A stretch of 32,000 bases of DNA from Thermoanaerobaculia bacterium (GCA_035629395.1 DASPHZ010000056.1:116461-148460); one strand, 5' to 3'; positions 1-9,013 are shown, counted from the first letter of the stretch. Made by a program: numbers and translations. The notes: generated from the letters alone by a model not told the origin.

Positions 1-2
1 CC

Positions 3-332
3 GTGCTCTACCTCGATCAGGGTGCTTACCGCGTGGTGAAGGACGACCGCGGCAATCGCATGGTCAATCCGCTCGTCTCCAACGCCGTGCTCGTCGACAT
101 GCAGCGCGGCTCCGCCGTCGCCCCCGAGCGGCCGCGGCCGTTGCGCGAGTTCGAAGGCAACGTCCGCGCGACGATCCGCCATCGCGAGGCGCTGCGCATG
201 GAGATGGTCGAGCGCGAGAAAAAGCAGAAAGCGTCGCTCTGGCATCAGGTCCAGCGCAACAAGACGCTCGTCTTCCTCGCGCTGATCGGCGCCGCGCTCG
301 CGACGTGGCAGCTCATGCGCCGCACGTCGTAA
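3..332 (+). CDS. 3' end of a gene truncated by the window edge; unknown function, C-terminal membrane anchor
   Basis: The frame is open to the window edge and third-position G+C is high. There is a C-terminal hydrophobic segment, LVFLALIGAALATW. The stop TAA overlaps the next gene's ATG (TAATG at 330-334). No domain was recognised. Confidence 0.5.
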   Translation: MLYLDQGAYRVVKDDRGNRMVNPLVSNAVLVDMQRGSAVAPERPRPLREFEGNVRATIRHREALRMEMVEREKKQKASLWHQVQRNKTLVFLALIGAALATWQLMRRTS

Positions 333-1114
333 TGGCGGACGAGGGGGCGAAACGCGCGGCTCTCGAGCGGGCGCTCGACGACGACGAATCGCTCGTCCTC
401 CTCTATCAACCGATCCACGACGCGAAAACGCGCGAGGTCTACGCGGCCGAGGCGTTGCTGCGGCAGCGGCGCGAAAACGGCCAGTTGCGGGAGGCGTCGA
501 TCATCCACGAGGCGGCCGAGGAGAGCGGCGGTCCGGAGCTCTTCCTGCTCGATCACATCCTCGTGCGCAAGGCCTACATCGAGGCGGCGCACTGGCCGGA
601 AGCCGTCCGGCTCAACGTCAATCTCTCCCCGCGCGAGTTTCAGGAAGGGAACATCCTCGAGCGACTGCGCTCGCTCATCGGCTCGTGCGGCACCGATCCG
701 CATCGCGTGAACGTCGAGATCACCGAGACGAGCTACATCGAAAAGCCTGAAGAAACGATGAACGTGCTGCACGCGATCCGGAAGCTCGGCGTCCAGTTGT
801 GGCTCGATGACTTCGGCACCGGCCACTCCGCCCTCACCCATCTGCAGCACTTTCCGGTCGACGGACTGAAACTGCCGGGTGCCTTCATCAAGCCGCTGCC
901 GGACGACGAGCGCTGCCGCGCCATCGTCGCTTCCCTGCTCGCGCTCGCGCACGACCTCGGCATGAAAGTGATCGCCGAGGAGATCGAGCGGCAGGAGCAG
1001 CTCGAGTTTCTACTCGAGCACGGATGCGACTACATCCAGGGATTCCTCTGGAGCAAACCGATGCTGCCGGAAGACTTCGGGAAGTTCGTGGAGCGCCGGC
1101 GTCCCTCCGGCTGA
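332..1114 (+). CDS. standalone EAL-domain protein (probable c-di-GMP phosphodiesterase)
   Basis: EAL-family motifs occur in the canonical order: YQPI, AAEALLR, NVNLSPRE, EITE, LWLDDFGTGHS, KLPGAFI, IAEEIE, IQGFLWSKP. I prefer the ATG at 332, which overlaps the upstream stop, over the GTG at 305. Confidence 0.9.
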   Translation: MADEGAKRAALERALDDDESLVLLYQPIHDAKTREVYAAEALLRQRRENGQLREASIIHEAAEESGGPELFLLDHILVRKAYIEAAHWPEAVRLNVNLSPREFQEGNILERLRSLIGSCGTDPHRVNVEITETSYIEKPEETMNVLHAIRKLGVQLWLDDFGTGHSALTHLQHFPVDGLKLPGAFIKPLPDDERCRAIVASLLALAHDLGMKVIAEEIERQEQLEFLLEHGCDYIQGFLWSKPMLPEDFGKFVERRRPSG

Positions 1115-1150
1115 TCGGCGGCATTCCCGCCGGCGCTCCGCGTCACCATC

Positions 1151-1591
1151 CTAGTACGGGCATTGCGGCTGGCCCGAGCCACCGCAGGTCTTGACGCTGC
1201 GCGAGTACACGTCGCACAGGTTGTCGTTGTCCGTCACGGTCAGGGTCACCGTGTAGATGTCGGCGCCGAACGAGTGCGAGATCGTCGAGCTGGACGTCGT
1301 CGCGGTCTCCCCGTCGCCGAAGTCCCAGTGATACGAAACGATGCTGCCGTCCACGTCATAGCTGCCGGACGCGTTGAGCGAGTACGTCACGAAGCCGGTC
1401 TTCGCGTACGTGAACGTCGCGAACGGAGGCTCCGGGTCGTAGCAGCACTGCACGGCTTTGAGGGCGCCCCCACCGATCGAGGCGTTCGGCCCCATGGCGG
1501 CGTCGGCGCGCGCACCGAACGTTTCTGCGGCGAGAGGCAAGGCGAGGAACAGCATTGCGGCGACGAGGGCAAAACAGCGGGAAAGCTTCAC
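1151..1591 (-). CDS. small secreted PKD-domain protein
   Basis: PKD signature: YHWDFGDGETA ... YTVTLTVTDNDN. The GTG at 1591 gives a signal peptide, MKLSRCFALVAAMLFLALPLAAETFGARA, and is preceded by GGAGGA. The long 5' extension in the ORF track has no coding character. Confidence 0.8.
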   Translation of the reverse strand: MKLSRCFALVAAMLFLALPLAAETFGARADAAMGPNASIGGGALKAVQCCYDPEPPFATFTYAKTGFVTYSLNASGSYDVDGSIVSYHWDFGDGETATTSSSTISHSFGADIYTVTLTVTDNDNLCDVYSRSVKTCGGSGQPQCPY

Positions 1592-1733
1592 ACGGTCCTC
1601 CGAGATCTGACGTTTCGCGGCGGCTCCATTGCCACCGACATTCCGTGCAGATGGAAAGACCGCCACGATGTTCCGATGGACCAACGGAAAAAAACTCCGT
1701 AAAACGGAAGACGTAATACCTGATGGTGGAACG

Positions 1734-4700
1734 ATGCTCCGTGCCCAACTGCTGTTCCTCGCCCTCCTCACCGTTTCCGATCCTCCTCCGCTCCGCGAAC
1801 GCGCCGAAGCCTTCGTCACCGCGATGAACGCCGGCGACGTCGCGCGCGTCACGAGCATGTGGCATTCGCAGTCGACGACGGGACGCCACCGCATCTCCCG
1901 TCTCGGGCTCGACGGCGTGCAACTGAGCATCAGCGCGGTGCGTGACGATGCCGCGATCCTCGAGGTGCGCGATGCCACGCAGACGCTCGTCGCCGAATAC
2001 GAGCTGCGCTTCCAGCAGGAGAACGGCGAATGGCGTATCTGGTCGCTGCTCTCGACCTCCGCCGCGCAGGCCGACGATCCGCGGAACGCGACACCCACGC
2101 TCCCGCTCGTACGCGAGCTGCTCTATCGCGCCGCCGAGGCGCACGAGGAAGGGCGGAACGACCGCGCGGAGGCGGATTACACGATTGCCGGTGCGTACGC
2201 GGAGCAGCTCGGCCACACGCTCTTCCGCACCACCGCCGAGCGCGGTCTCGGCAACATCAGCCTCGGGCGCGGCGACACGGAACGCGCGGCGCGGCACTTC
2301 GAGAAAAGCCTCGAGCTCGCGCGCGCCGCGAACGATCGCAACAGCATCGCCCGCTCGCTCAACGCACTGGCGAACGTCGACGAGACCGTCGGCAACTGGG
2401 CGAACGCGGAAACGCGGCTGCGCGAGGCCTACGAGATTTTCCGCGAGATGGGCAAGAAAACGCTCGCCGGCTACATGCTCAACTCGATCGGCAACGCCTA
2501 CGCCGCGCGCAGCGACTACAAGGAAGCGCAGCGTCACTACGAACAGGCACTGCAGCTCTTCGAGGAAATCGGCGATCTCCGCGGCACCTCCGCCGCCCTC
2601 AACAACCTCGGCATCAACCATCGCGTGCAGGGCAGCCTGCGCGAGTCCGTCGCGCTGTTTCACCGCGCCATCGAGATCAACCGCACGATCGGCACGCAGG
2701 CCCTCAGCGGCATGGCCACGTCCTGGAGCAACCTCGGACAGTCGCTCACGCTGCAGGGCAACTACGTCGCGGCGCTGCAGGCGTTTCAGGAAGCGCTGAT
2801 CCTCAACGAGAAGCTCGGCCGCGCCGACACGATCAGGGCCACGCTCGACAAAGCCGGCGACATGCATCGCCGCCTCGGCGATCTGGAACAGGCGCGCACG
2901 TTCTTCGAGCGCTCCCTCGTCATCGCCGAAAAAGCGGAGGCGAAACCGGGCATCGCGTCGTCGATGCAGAGCCTCGCCAACGTGCGGCTCGATTCCGGCG
3001 ACGCGCGCGGCGCGCTGACGCTGTACGAGAAGGCGCTCGCCATCGACACGGAGACGGGCAACCGGGCCGCGGTCGCGCGCGGCCTCGAAAGCATCGGACG
3101 CGCACAGTTGCAACTGCGCAATCGCGAGGCGGCGCGCAAAGCGTTCGAGCGGAGTTTCACGATCGCCGAGGAGATCAACGACCGGGAACTGATGGCGAGC
3201 TCGCTCGTGCGCCGGGCGTCGATCACGGAGGCATTCGAAGCCGTGACGCTCGCCGAGCGCGCCGTGGCGATCGCGAGCGAGCTCGGCTTGCCGGAGGTGG
3301 AGTGGCAGGCGCATCTCGGACTGGGCCGCGCGTACCGCGGCGCGCGGCGGACCAGCGAGGCGCGCGAGGAAGTCGAGCGCGCGGTGCAGATCGTCGAGGA
3401 GTTGCGGCGCGGCGTGCCGGGCGAGGAGATGACGCGGCAGCAGGCGTTCGAGAACATGATCGCGCCGTATCACGAGCTGGTGTCGCTGCTCATCGCCCAG
3501 GGTGAGAACGCGGCGGCGCTCGAATACGCGGAACGCGCCAAGGCGCGCGTGCTGCTGGATGTGCTGCGCTACGGACGTCCGGATGTGGGCAATGCGCTCA
3601 CGCCGGAAGAGCGGCAGCGCGAGGCGGCGCTGACGGCGCAGCTCGCGGACGTGAATCGCGAGTACCGGCGCGCGCTCGTGGCGGGAACGCAGAACGCCGC
3701 CTTGTCGGCAAAGCTGCGGCGCGCGCGGCTCGAGCTCGATCGCTTCGTCACGAATCTGCATGCCGCGCATCCACAGTTGCGCATCGAGAGCGGCGAGGTC
3801 GAGCCGATCACGGCCGCGCAGTTGCGCGCGATGAAGGAGGCGGACGCGTTCGTCGAATTCGTCGTCACCGACGACGCGACGTATCGCTTCACGATCGCGG
3901 GAGGTGTCGTGCAGGTGGCGACGATTCCGATCCCGAAGGCGAAGCTGCAGAGCGAGGTACTGCATTTTCGCGAGCTGCTCGCCGACCGCGATCTCACGTA
4001 CGCGGCGGCAGGACGCTCACTCTACGACCGCCTCTTCGGCAGCATGAACGTCAGCGGGACGCTGTGCATCGTGCCGGACGGACCGCTGTGGGAGTTGCCG
4101 TTCCAGGCGCTGCAGCCGTCGGCGACGGAGTTCCTGATCGACCGGCATGCGGTGTTCCTCGCACCGTCGCTGACCGTATTGCGCGAGATGTCCGCGGCGC
4201 CGCGAACCGATGCGGCCACGCGCCTGCTCGCGTTCGGTTTCCCGAATGCGCTCGCGCCGCTGCCGCAGTCGGAGACGGAGGTGCGCAGCATCGCCGCGCT
4301 TTACGGCGCAAGGAACAGCCGCGTGTATCTGCGCTCCGAGGCGCGGGAGGAAGTGGTGAAGGCGGAGGCGGGCGCGTTCGACGTCTTGCATTTCGCCACG
4401 CACGGCGTGCTCGACGATCGCAATGCGCTCTACTCGCGTCTCGTCTTCTCGCCGCCCGCGGCCAAGCAGGAGGATGGTCTGCTCGAAGCGCGCGAGATCA
4501 TGCGCCTCCAGTTGCGTGCGCGGCTGGCCGTGCTGTCCGCGTGCGAGACGGCGCGCGGACGCGTCGGCGATGGAGAAGGACTGATCGGCATGTCGTGGGC
4601 GCTGTTCGTCGCGGGCGCGCCGGCGAGCGTGGTCAGTCAGTGGAAGGTGGATTCGACGAGCACGACGGATCTGATGATCGAATTTCATCGCAATCTGCGC

Positions 4701-4808
4701 ATCGAGGGACGCACGAATGCGGAGGCGCTACGCCGCGCCGCGTTGAAGGTGCGCGCGAACCACAAGCATCCGTTCTACTGGGCCCCGTTCGTCGTCATCG
4801 GGCGGTAG
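1734..4808 (+). CDS. TPR-repeat protein with C-terminal CHAT (caspase-like) peptidase domain; N-terminal hydrophobic leader and NTF2-like region
   Basis: About 15 TPR-like 40-aa repeats (for example A..L..LG.....G....A...YE.AL.I). The C-terminus carries the CHAT dyad motifs LHFATHGVLD (His codon 4401-4403) and LSACETARG (Cys codon 4542-4544), and ends HPFYWAPFVVIGR. The ATG at 1734 follows GGTGGA, and the codons upstream of it have low GC3. Confidence 0.92.
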   Translation: MLRAQLLFLALLTVSDPPPLRERAEAFVTAMNAGDVARVTSMWHSQSTTGRHRISRLGLDGVQLSISAVRDDAAILEVRDATQTLVAEYELRFQQENGEWRIWSLLSTSAAQADDPRNATPTLPLVRELLYRAAEAHEEGRNDRAEADYTIAGAYAEQLGHTLFRTTAERGLGNISLGRGDTERAARHFEKSLELARAANDRNSIARSLNALANVDETVGNWANAETRLREAYEIFREMGKKTLAGYMLNSIGNAYAARSDYKEAQRHYEQALQLFEEIGDLRGTSAALNNLGINHRVQGSLRESVALFHRAIEINRTIGTQALSGMATSWSNLGQSLTLQGNYVAALQAFQEALILNEKLGRADTIRATLDKAGDMHRRLGDLEQARTFFERSLVIAEKAEAKPGIASSMQSLANVRLDSGDARGALTLYEKALAIDTETGNRAAVARGLESIGRAQLQLRNREAARKAFERSFTIAEEINDRELMASSLVRRASITEAFEAVTLAERAVAIASELGLPEVEWQAHLGLGRAYRGARRTSEAREEVERAVQIVEELRRGVPGEEMTRQQAFENMIAPYHELVSLLIAQGENAAALEYAERAKARVLLDVLRYGRPDVGNALTPEERQREAALTAQLADVNREYRRALVAGTQNAALSAKLRRARLELDRFVTNLHAAHPQLRIESGEVEPITAAQLRAMKEADAFVEFVVTDDATYRFTIAGGVVQVATIPIPKAKLQSEVLHFRELLADRDLTYAAAGRSLYDRLFGSMNVSGTLCIVPDGPLWELPFQALQPSATEFLIDRHAVFLAPSLTVLREMSAAPRTDAATRLLAFGFPNALAPLPQSETEVRSIAALYGARNSRVYLRSEAREEVVKAEAGAFDVLHFATHGVLDDRNALYSRLVFSPPAAKQEDGLLEAREIMRLQLRARLAVLSACETARGRVGDGEGLIGMSWALFVAGAPASVVSQWKVDSTSTTDLMIEFHRNLRIEGRTNAEALRRAALKVRANHKHPFYWAPFVVIGR

Positions 4809-5634
4809 GAACGCCGGCGTTCCGCCACGAGCGCACCTGTGCGAGCAGGTCGCTTGCGCCCGCGCGCTCGAGCTCGCGCTCCGCTTCGTCGAGTGCGCCG
4901 AGTTGCGCGAGTGCGATGCCGCGTTCGCGCGGCGTCGTCGCGTCGACGTCGTGCGCGGCGACGTGGAACAGCACTTCCGCATCCGCCGCGCCGGGCGCTT
5001 TCACGCGTCCGGAGGACGTGCGCGCCGTCACCTGCCACGTATACGTCTTCCCGCGCGGCAATGCGGTGTCAGGACGCCAGGAGGTCTCTTTGCTCGTGCC
5101 GCTGGCGACGAGTGTTCCCGTTTCATCGGCGACCGCGACGTCGTAGGAGGTCGCACCCGTCACCGCATCCCAGGAGAATTGCGGACGCTGCTCGGTGACG
5201 ACGGTCGCAACCGGCGCACGCAGCGCGAACGAAGCGCCGGCGGATCCGCGCAGCACCGGCGTGGGACGGACGAGCGTGGCGAGGATGGCGGGTCGGGTGA
5301 GGATGACCGCCGGAGCGGGCGTTGCAGGCGCTGCAGGCGCAGGCGCCGCGGGCGCTGCGATCACCGGCTCTTCGGCGCGCCGCGGCAACAGGAACCACGC
5401 CAGCGCCACCGCGATCGCGAGCACCGCCGCCGCGGCCACGAGCCACCGCACCGGAGCGCCGCCCGGAAGCCGCCGCTCCGATGCAGCCAGCGCATCGCGC
5501 ATCGCCGCGAGGTCGTTCGCCTCGCCGCGGCACATGGGACATCGTCCCAGGTGGGCCTCCGCGCGCGCACGCTCGGCGGCGTCCGCACTCCCCTCCGCCC
5601 AGCGTTCCAGTTCTCCGTACGTCAAATGATTCAT
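4795..5634 (-). CDS. anti-sigma factor (zf-HC2 type), single-pass membrane protein with extracytoplasmic domain
   Basis: The N-terminus has the H-x3-C-x2-C motif (HLGRCPMC). There is a TM helix, WLVAAAAVLAIAVALAWFLL, then a Pro/Ala-rich linker, then a beta-rich domain. Its ATG overlaps the stop of the sigma gene (ATGA at 5631-5634). Confidence 0.8.
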   Translation of the reverse strand: MNHLTYGELERWAEGSADAAERARAEAHLGRCPMCRGEANDLAAMRDALAASERRLPGGAPVRWLVAAAAVLAIAVALAWFLLPRRAEEPVIAAPAAPAPAAPATPAPAVILTRPAILATLVRPTPVLRGSAGASFALRAPVATVVTEQRPQFSWDAVTGATSYDVAVADETGTLVASGTSKETSWRPDTALPRGKTYTWQVTARTSSGRVKAPGAADAEVLFHVAAHDVDATTPRERGIALAQLGALDEAERELERAGASDLLAQVRSWRNAGVPTAR

Positions 5635-6656
5635 CGGCGATTTCTCGTGAGGAGGACCAGGCTTGCTTTCCGTGAAGAGTCCAATTTCTCTTCGACGTTC
5701 CGTTGCTCGCGGTTTTTCTCCATTCTCCGCAGCCGCTCGCGCGCAAGGCGCCGCATTTTGATGACTTGGCGGGGCGACGCGTGCAGCAGCTCTCCGATCG
5801 CGGCGTCGCTGAGCGGGAGCTCCTTCCACAGCGCCTCGAATTGCTCCACCGGCATCTCCACGGCCGCTGCGATCTCCGGAAGGGTGGCGGTGCGTGTCAG
5901 CGGAAGCAGGCTCAGACACTCGCGGCCATGCGCGTCGCGCAGATTCAGCAGCAGCGCGGCGCGCTGTTTCGGCGCGAGCTGGCGCACGTCTTCCCACAAT
6001 TGCCGCAGCGAGACGCGCAGCTCGAACGCCGTATCGGCCGGCGTCTCCGACGCGAGCTCGTTCGTCAGCGGCACGTCCGCGCGCTGCATTTCGAGATGAA
6101 TGAGTCGCGCCACGGTCTCGACGAGCGTGTCGAGGAGGAGCGGCGCACCCACGCTGCGCAGGATTGCCGGCACGAGCGTGATGAGCTGCGCACGATTCTC
6201 GGCAGTGGGATCGCTGCGCGCCGGCACACTCACGTTGGCCTCGGCCACCGCCTCGCGCCCTTCCCAGTCGCGCAGTCCGCACACGACCGCGCCGTTCGCA
6301 TTGCGCCACGTCGTCAGCTTCGCGTGATGACCGCAGAGGTACTGCAGTTGATTGCGCAGGCGCGCGCGTGCGGGATAGCGCTCGCGCATGCGTTCGTGAC
6401 AACTGTTGTACGCGCACGTGGCGATGTAGCCGCGCAGATCGCGGATGGGCGGCGCGCCGCTGCCACGCAGATCGCGCAGCCGGCGCAACAGATCGACGAG
6501 CGTATCGGAGAGAAGATCCTCCGCCTCATCGCGCGCGATCGATTCGACGATCCGCCGCACCACCGGCCGCGCCACGTCCTGGAGCAGCCGCGCGAGCTGC
6601 CGGTCCGCCTCCTCTTCCGTAAGCGCCTGGAGATACGCGCGCAGCAGATCGTCCAT
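5631..6656 (-). CDS. ECF-like RNA polymerase sigma factor, unusually long (341 aa)
   Basis: A region-2-like segment (DLLSDTLVDLLRRL ... YIATCAYNSCHERMRERYP) and a region-4 HTH-like segment (LSDAAIGELLHASPRQVIKMRRLARERLRR) are present. They are separated by a long insert. The gene is translationally coupled to the anti-sigma gene. Confidence 0.8.
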   Translation of the reverse strand: MDDLLRAYLQALTEEEADRQLARLLQDVARPVVRRIVESIARDEAEDLLSDTLVDLLRRLRDLRGSGAPPIRDLRGYIATCAYNSCHERMRERYPARARLRNQLQYLCGHHAKLTTWRNANGAVVCGLRDWEGREAVAEANVSVPARSDPTAENRAQLITLVPAILRSVGAPLLLDTLVETVARLIHLEMQRADVPLTNELASETPADTAFELRVSLRQLWEDVRQLAPKQRAALLLNLRDAHGRECLSLLPLTRTATLPEIAAAVEMPVEQFEALWKELPLSDAAIGELLHASPRQVIKMRRLARERLRRMEKNREQRNVEEKLDSSRKASLVLLTRNRR

Positions 6657-6718
6657 GTCGAAGTATGTACGGAGAAGAGCGAAGAGGCGTTACTAAGAGG
6701 AGACGGGTTGGTTACGGA

Positions 6719-6768
6719 GGGGGCGGGAGGGCGGAGGGGGCGGCGGAGGGGGCAAGAGGGGACGGGGG
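6719..6768 (+). repeat. G-run tract (seven runs of G3-G5) with G-quadruplex potential
   Basis: Read directly: GGGGGcGGGaGGGcggaGGGGGcggcggaGGGGGcaagaGGGGacGGGGG. The tract lies 63-112 nt upstream of the sigma gene ATG, on the opposite strand. Confidence 0.5.
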
Positions 6769-6795
6769 ACCCGTGAAGGCAGAATGCAGAATGAT

Positions 6796-6844
6796 GAATG
6801 AAGAAAGGGGAACCAGGTTCAGGCGTGGTTCTTTTTCTTCATTC
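6796..6844. promoter_or_regulatory. long hairpin in an A/T-rich patch of the sigma/typA divergent intergenic region
   Basis: GAATGAAGAAA (6796-6806) is a perfect complement of TTTCTTCATTC (6834-6844). An inner pair is GAACCA (6810-6815) with TGGTTC (6826-6831). No gene ends here, so it is not a conventional terminator. Confidence 0.4.
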
Positions 6845-7020
6845 CAAATTCTGCTCCCCACCGTCCCGCGAATGCGCTGCACCGGTGTGGTGCGGCCATC
6901 GCGGCGGCGGTCTTCGACGTCGACGAATGCCTGGCTCATCTGCGGATTGGGGACCCGCGGCCATTCTGCACGAAAACGCCACAGGAATGAATCGGAACCG
7001 TTCCTGCTTAACCCGCGCGC

Positions 7021-8958
7021 ATGCAGCAGTTTCGATACGACATCCGCAACGTTGCCATCATCGCCCACGTCGACCACGGGAAGACCACGCTCGTCGACGC
7101 ACTCCTCAAGCAGGCCGGCGCCGTCCGTGCGAACCAGCACATGGACGAGCGGGTCATGGACTCGAACGACCTCGAGAAGGAGCGCGGGATCACGATCCTG
7201 GCCAAAAACACGTCCATTCGCTACCTCGTCGATCAGCCCGACGCCCTCGGGCATCCGGTCCATCACGAGCCCACGCACACCGCCAGCGGCCACGATCTGC
7301 CGGCCGAGTTCATCCATCCGGCCGAGGTGAAGATCAACATCGTCGACACGCCGGGCCACGCCGATTTCGGCGGTGAGGTCGAGCGCGTCCTGTCGATGGT
7401 CGACGGCGTCATCCTCCTCGTCGACGCCGCCGAAGGTCCGATGCCGCAGACGCGTTTCGTCCTGCGCAAAGCCCTCGGGCTCGGCCTCCTGCCGATCGTC
7501 GTGATCAACAAGATCGACCGGCCCGACCAGCGTGCGACGGAAGTCGTCAACGAAGTCTTCGATCTGATGATCGAGCTCGGCGCGTCGGACGAGCAGATCG
7601 ACTTCCCGATCCTCTACGCCATCGGCCGCAAAGGCATCGTGCGGCACGAGCTGACCGACACCACCGAGGATTGCCGTCCGCTGTTCGACGCGATCCTCAA
7701 GCGCATTCCGCCGCCCCCGGGCGTGCAGGATTCGCCGCTGCAGCTCCTCGTCAGCGCCATCGACTACAACGAATACGTCGGCCGCCTCGGCGTCGGCCGC
7801 ATCCAGCGCGGCAAGATCCGCCAGAACACGGACGTCGTCCTCATCCTCCGCGACGGCACGCAGAAGAAAGGACGCGTCACGAAGCTGTGGGCGTTCGAAG
7901 GACTCAAGCGTGCGGAGATCGAAGAAGCGGGAGCGGGTGAGATCGTCTGCGTCGCAGGCTTCGCGGACGTCGAGATCGGCGAGACCTTTGCCGCCGCCGA
8001 CGCGCCGGAGCGCCTCGAGCCGATCGCGATCGACGAGCCGACCGTCTCGATGTACTGGATGGTCAACGACTCGCCGTTCGCCGGCACCGAGGGCAAGTAC
8101 GTCACCTCACGCAACATCAAAGACCGTCTCGACAAAGAGCTGCGCAAAGACGTTGCGCTGCGCGTGCGTGAGACCGGTCAGGCCGACCGCTTCGAAGTGG
8201 CGGGACGCGGCGAGCTGCATCTCTCGATCCTCGCGGAGAACATGCGCCGCGAGGGCTACGAGTTCGCCCTGTCGCGCCCGCAGGTCATCCTCAAACAGGT
8301 CGACGGGCAGACGATGGAGCCGTACGAGGCCCTCGTCGTCGACGTCGAGGAAGCGCACGTCGGCACGATCATGGAGAAGATCCAGCAGCGCCGCGGCGAG
8401 ATGACCGACATGGTCAACCCCGGCACCGGACGCGTGCGCATCGAGTTCAAGATCCCCACCCGCGGCCTGTTCGGCATCCGCACGGAGTTCCTCTCCGAAA
8501 CGCGCGGCACGGGACTGCTGTACCACACGTTCCTCGAGTACGGTCCGTATCGCGGCGAGCTCGCCTCGCGCAATCGCGGTGCGCTCGTGGCGAAGGAAGC
8601 CGGCGACACGACCGCGTACGCGATCGAGCCGCTGCAGGAGCGCTCGACGCTCTTCATCGGCCCGGGCCTCAAGGTCTACGGCGGACAGGTCGTCGGCGAG
8701 AACTCGCGCGACGTCGACATGGTCGTCCAGGTCTGCCGCGCCAAGCACCTCACCAACATGCGCGCGTCGGGCTCGGACATGGCCGTCAAGCTCACTCCCC
8801 CGCGCCTCATGACGCTCGAGCAGTGCCTCGAATGGATCGAGGACGACGAGCTCGTGGAAGTGACGCCGGAATCGATCCGCATCCGCAAGCAGCTCCTCGA
8901 CCATTCGCAGCGCGAAGTCGCGGCGAAGAAGGCGAAGAAGGCGGCCGCGGAAGGCTGA
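7021..8958 (+). CDS. typA: translational GTPase TypA/BipA
   Basis: Near-identical G-domain motifs to BipA: [56 protein letters not shown]. The characteristic C-terminal domain is also present ([12 protein letters not shown]...[18 protein letters not shown]). Confidence 0.97.
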   Translation: MQQFRYDIRNVAIIAHVDHGKTTLVDALLKQAGAVRANQHMDERVMDSNDLEKERGITILAKNTSIRYLVDQPDALGHPVHHEPTHTASGHDLPAEFIHPAEVKINIVDTPGHADFGGEVERVLSMVDGVILLVDAAEGPMPQTRFVLRKALGLGLLPIVVINKIDRPDQRATEVVNEVFDLMIELGASDEQIDFPILYAIGRKGIVRHELTDTTEDCRPLFDAILKRIPPPPGVQDSPLQLLVSAIDYNEYVGRLGVGRIQRGKIRQNTDVVLILRDGTQKKGRVTKLWAFEGLKRAEIEEAGAGEIVCVAGFADVEIGETFAAADAPERLEPIAIDEPTVSMYWMVNDSPFAGTEGKYVTSRNIKDRLDKELRKDVALRVRETGQADRFEVAGRGELHLSILAENMRREGYEFALSRPQVILKQVDGQTMEPYEALVVDVEEAHVGTIMEKIQQRRGEMTDMVNPGTGRVRIEFKIPTRGLFGIRTEFLSETRGTGLLYHTFLEYGPYRGELASRNRGALVAKEAGDTTAYAIEPLQERSTLFIGPGLKVYGGQVVGENSRDVDMVVQVCRAKHLTNMRASGSDMAVKLTPPRLMTLEQCLEWIEDDELVEVTPESIRIRKQLLDHSQREVAAKKAKKAAAEG

Positions 8959-9013
8959 GCACGCGTCCCGTTTTAGACAGACATCCCTCCTGACGTCCGG
9001 CTAGATTGCCGCC

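Noticed and set aside
1116-1132. 6-bp GC hairpin (CGGCGG-cattc-CCGCCG) between the EAL and PKD genes as a bidirectional terminator
   Set aside because: The stem is short with no U-tract on either strand. It is plausible but not supportable.
1356-3965. 869-aa minus-strand ORF opposite the TPR-CHAT gene
   Set aside because: This is an antisense shadow ORF typical of high-G+C DNA. It is Arg/Ala/Leu/Glu-rich with no recognisable motif. The plus strand carries clear TPR and CHAT signatures.
6657-6850. ECF-type autoregulatory promoter (GGAAC-N16/17-CGT) upstream of the sigma gene, and a similar search upstream of the vWA gene (26434-26673)
   Set aside because: GGAAC words exist at 6809-6813 and 26602-26606 (minus strand). 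The nearest CGT elements are only 8-11 nt away, which is not the expected spacing.
5703-7647. ORFs 5703-6776 (+), 6665-7330 (+), 6798-7376 (+) and 6712-7647 (-) around the sigma/typA intergenic region
   Set aside because: They run through the structured non-coding region or lie antisense or out of frame to sigma and typA. Their products are low-complexity (G/R/P/S-rich). The typA and sigma frames explain the coding signal.
9002-9007. TAGATT as a -10 box giving a leaderless lasso B1 transcript
   Set aside because: The spacing to the ATG (6 nt) is suggestive, but I found no acceptable -35 at 16-18 nt (TTAGAC is 23 nt away). It is too weak to call.
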